A stretch of 64,000 bases of DNA from NCBI GenBank assembly GCA_963845755.1, contig CAWJTV010000018.1:64001-128000 (forward strand). Direction: 5' to 3'. The notes under the pieces are model-generated. The model saw only the letters and a program-made list of their open reading frames with translations. It did no database searches and was not told the DNA's origin. Every line of letters begins with the position of its first letter. The stretch's first letter is position 1. The position numbers and the translations under genes were made by a program. Of this stretch, positions 60,737 to 64,000 are shown in pieces. Source of the DNA: an uncultured Planctomycetota bacterium (lineage in GTDB: Bacteria > Planctomycetota > Planctomycetia > Isosphaerales > Isosphaeraceae).

Positions 60737-61684
60737 ATGAAGATGGAAATCCTCGTCACCGGAGCGACCGGCTTCGTCGGGACTGGTCTTTCCACATATC
60801 TCGAATCGTTAGGGCACCGGGTCGTTCGCCTCGGCTCCCGGAATTGCGACCTCACCAAGCCCGATTCCTTGCAAGATCTCGCTGACCGTCGCTACGATCA
60901 GATCTACCATCTCGCGGCCTGGACCCAGGCCGGCGACTTCTGCCTGTACCATCCGGGCGAGCAGTGGATCATCAACCAGCAGATCAACACCAATGTCCTT
61001 GCCTGGTGGCAGCGGCATCAGCCCCAGGCGAAATTGATCACGATGGGAACGAGTTGTGCTTACCCGCCCGACCGCGAGCTCATCGAGGAGAACTATCTCG
61101 AGGGCCAGCCGATCGAGAGCCTCTTCAGCTACGGGATGACGAAGCGGATGCTCTATGCGGGACTGATTGCCCTTCGACGGCAATACGGGCTGCGCTATCT
61201 GTACCTGATCCCATCGACCTTGTATGGGCCGGAGTACCACATGGACGGGCGACAGATGCACTTCATCTTCGACCTGATTCGCAAGATTCTCCTCGCACGT
61301 CGTGATGGCACTCCCGCGGTGCTCTGGGGCGATGGTCATCAGCGCAGGGAAATCGTCCATCTCGATGATTTCGTGAGGGTGGCGGCCCGGCTGGCGGAGA
61401 CCGTCGATGACACGGTCGTCAACATCGGTGCCGGCGAGGAGTTCTCGATCCGCGAATTCGCTAGCACGATCTGCGAGCTGACCGGCTACGATTTTGATCG
61501 GATCCAGTTCGACACGTCGAGGTACGTGGGGGCCAGGTCCAAGTGTTTGTCCGTGGCGAGACTTCAAGGGCTCATGCCGGACTTAGCGCTCACTCCATTG
61601 CGGCAAGGTCTATCGCAAATGATCCGATGGTTTGAAGACCATTTCAACGCGTGCAACGATCACTCGACTCCGGCGGCCGCATGA
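60737..61684 (+). CDS. GDP-L-fucose synthase-like NAD-dependent epimerase/reductase
   Basis: ILVTGATGFVG..YHLAA..GTSCAYP..YGMTK..LYGP..WGDG..RE. Confidence 0.88.
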   Translation: MKMEILVTGATGFVGTGLSTYLESLGHRVVRLGSRNCDLTKPDSLQDLADRRYDQIYHLAAWTQAGDFCLYHPGEQWIINQQINTNVLAWWQRHQPQAKLITMGTSCAYPPDRELIEENYLEGQPIESLFSYGMTKRMLYAGLIALRRQYGLRYLYLIPSTLYGPEYHMDGRQMHFIFDLIRKILLARRDGTPAVLWGDGHQRREIVHLDDFVRVAARLAETVDDTVVNIGAGEEFSIREFASTICELTGYDFDRIQFDTSRYVGARSKCLSVARLQGLMPDLALTPLRQGLSQMIRWFEDHFNACNDHSTPAAA

Positions 61685-62120
61685 GGGCGGCCGAGCCCGA
61701 ATGACCTCACAACCTCAGAATGGCTAGTCAGTTGGGTCGGCGCGAATGCCCATCGACCTTGGGCGTTTACGTCGCCCGGCTGACGTCTTGCATTCCTGGG
61801 TGTGGTTGGAGGTCCGCCGTCTACAACACGGGCTGCAACTCAGGTTCAACCCCTGGGGTTCGCCAAATCGCCTCGGATTCCTTCAATCTGTCGATCGGGT
61901 TCCGCCGATTGTTCTTGGGAAGACCACTCGCGCGATGCCGGACATTCGACTTCCTATCCTGTCTGGGACCTTGGCGGCCGGTGAGGTCGTCCTGGGTGCT
62001 CGTTCCGACCAAGGTCAGGAGTGGGTCGGACGGCCGTTGACCGAGTTCTCCAGTCTCGGTGTTCCCGTGTGACATTCGGGGCGATCATTCCCCGAGGAAC
62101 CTCTCAGGACGGGCGAGATC

Positions 62121-63149
62121 ATGATTATCACGCAGACGCCGTTACGGATCAGCTTCCTCGGGGGTGGGACGGACTATCCCGAGTATTTTGAGAAGCATGG
62201 TGGGGCGATCCTCGGGACGGCCGTGAACAAATCGGCATTCTTCAGCGTGTCGCGGTTCTACAGCAAGATGTTCGATTATTCGATCCGGATCGCTTACCGC
62301 AAGGTGGAATGCGTCAATTCAATCGATGATCTGGAGCATGCGCCGTTCCGGGAATGCCTCCGCTGGGCCGATATCACCGAGGAAATCGAGGTCAACCACT
62401 CGTCGGAGTTGCCGGCGTTCACCGGCCTCGGTTCATCGTCGTCGTTCGTTGTGGGGCTGTTGAACACGCTTTACGCGTTCCGTCGCCGACTGGTTCCGCG
62501 CCTGGATCTCGCCTACGAGGCGATCGATCTCGAGCGGGGCGTGCTCAAGGAGTCGGTGGGTTGCCAGGATCAGACGCTGGCCGCGGTCGGTGGATTCAAC
62601 CTGATCGAGTTCCGCGGCATGGGCAACTTCGCGATCCATCGCGTCCCGTTCACCCCCAGCCGACTCGAGGCGTTCGAGAATCATCTGCTCGTGTTCTTCA
62701 CGGGCATCAAGCGGAAGGCCGAGGAGCTCGCCGCGCGGCAGGTCCGGAACGTCGTCCAGAATCGGCCCTATCTCAAGGAGATGCGCCGGCTCGTCGATGA
62801 AGGGTATGAACTCCTCTCCGGGGGAGGAAGCTTGACCGCCTTCGGCGGATTGTTGCACCGGTCGTGGGAGCTCAAGAGGCAGCTCGATCAGACGATTTCC
62901 AACGACGTGATCGATGCCATGTATCGGGCGGGGATCGAGGCCGGGGCGCTCGGCGGGAAGCTGCTCGGGGCCGGCGGTGGAGGCTTCTTGCTCTTCTTCG
63001 TTCCTCCCGAGAAACGGGCTGCGGTCGAGCTGCGCCTCGCCGAGTTCCAGCGCGTGGATTTTCGCGTGGACGAACCCGGTTCCCAGATCATTCACTGCGG
63101 GGCCGACACGCGGGTGACCGGGTCGTTTCGGTCCCGGGAGGCCGTATGA
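62121..63149 (+). CDS. hddA: D-glycero-alpha-D-manno-heptose 7-phosphate kinase (GHMP family)
   Basis: TPLRISFLGGGTD..GLGSSSSF..GCQDQ..GGKLLGAGGGGF. Confidence 0.85.
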   Translation: MIITQTPLRISFLGGGTDYPEYFEKHGGAILGTAVNKSAFFSVSRFYSKMFDYSIRIAYRKVECVNSIDDLEHAPFRECLRWADITEEIEVNHSSELPAFTGLGSSSSFVVGLLNTLYAFRRRLVPRLDLAYEAIDLERGVLKESVGCQDQTLAAVGGFNLIEFRGMGNFAIHRVPFTPSRLEAFENHLLVFFTGIKRKAEELAARQVRNVVQNRPYLKEMRRLVDEGYELLSGGGSLTAFGGLLHRSWELKRQLDQTISNDVIDAMYRAGIEAGALGGKLLGAGGGGFLLFFVPPEKRAAVELRLAEFQRVDFRVDEPGSQIIHCGADTRVTGSFRSREAV

Positions 63150-64000
63150 GCCCGCCAGGTTCCCTGGAGGTATGTCCGGTCGTGATCCTGGCCGGAGGGC
63201 TGGGCACGCGGCTACTCCCCGCGGTATCCGACCGCCCGAAAGGGTTGGCACCGATCGGCGATCGACCCTTTCTGGAGATCCAGATCGAACTGCTCCGCGA
63301 CCAGGGAGCGCAGGCGATTCGTGATCTGCGTCGGCCACAGGGCCTCGCAGATCCGCGATTGCCTCGGGGACGGGTCCCGTCTGGGGGTCGACATCGAATA
63401 CTCGGTCGAGCCGGAGATGCTGCTGGGAACCGGAGGGGCCTTACGCCTCGCGGAGCGGTTCTTTCAGCCCTATGCACTCGTACTCAACGGCGACACGTAT
63501 CTGGCTGCGAACTATACGGAGATCCTCCGGCATCATGTCGGAGAACGGGCCGAAGGAAGGCTCGGAGCGACCATGACCCTCGCGCGACTCGAGGAATCCC
63601 GGCGATTCGGGACCGTCCTCCTGGAATCGTCGGGGCGCTATGTGACCGGATTCCACGAAAAAGTCGAGAACCCGCACGACGCGGGCTGGCTCAATGCCGG
63701 CGCCTATGTGATCGAGCGTGAGTTGCTGGCGCGGATCCCTCGGGACATAACCTGCTCGCTCGAGCGAGATGTATTCCCGGCCGCCCTGGCCGATGGGATC
63801 CGGCTCGCGGCCCATCGATCGTCACAGCCCTTCTTCGATATCGGGACCGCGGAGGACTTCCAGCGGTTCCGGCGCCTCTACGACGGATGGCGCCAGCAAT
63901 TGACGCCGGAACCCGGTCGAACGTGCGGGATGATCTCGCCTCGTAACGCGCATCCCACACTTCCCACGATCGGCCGAAGCCCCAACGCGCTAGACGCGAC
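63146..64000 (+). CDS. hddC: Sugar-phosphate nucleotidyltransferase (HddC-like); frameshift near 63312; open at window end
   Basis: VILAGGLGTRL..PKGLAPI; LGTGGAL..VLNGDT..NAGAYV..SLERDVFP..FFDIGT. Confidence 0.8.

Noticed and set aside
61685..62110. Short ORFs or a structured RNA between the epimerase and hddA
   Set aside because: No recognisable protein or RNA family; looks like degenerate REP-type sequence

Overview
GC-rich bacterial chromosomal window. Gene content and repeats suggest Planctomycetota, possibly Isosphaeraceae (inference). Many genes carry single-base frameshifts, which are probably assembly indels. 1-11.1 kb: two very large, frameshift-split hypothetical membrane/exported genes and one repeat-rich hypothetical gene (minus strand). 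11.3-25.7 kb: a chromosomal integron with a truncated intI (fused by deletion to a decayed vapBC-like pair), a candidate Pc promoter and attI, and about 19 gene cassettes separated by a homogeneous family of ~58-bp attC sites. Cassettes include stand-alone EF-Tu domain II-like, EF-Tu domain III-like and S1-like proteins, an NTF2-fold immunity protein, and three two-gene cassettes with their own promoters (MazF-type TA, ParB/Srx-like pair, RusA-like + REase/HEPN). Two copies of an IS110-family element (IS1111-like layout with a 3' non-coding bridge/seekRNA candidate) lie in the array. The intact copy sits at a duplicated CT core inside the attC R'' box and regenerates that box. The second, decayed copy has the same left junction. 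26-42.5 kb: DUF2252, a MetE-like/MBL/xylB operon, GT39, XisHI, ispG, gabD, a PEP-CTERM protein and metG. 42.6-64 kb: a surface-glycan locus (wecB, multidomain glycosyltransferases, methyltransferases, epimerases, hddA/hddC) with REP-like palindromes and a 23-unit two-variant heptamer tandem repeat.
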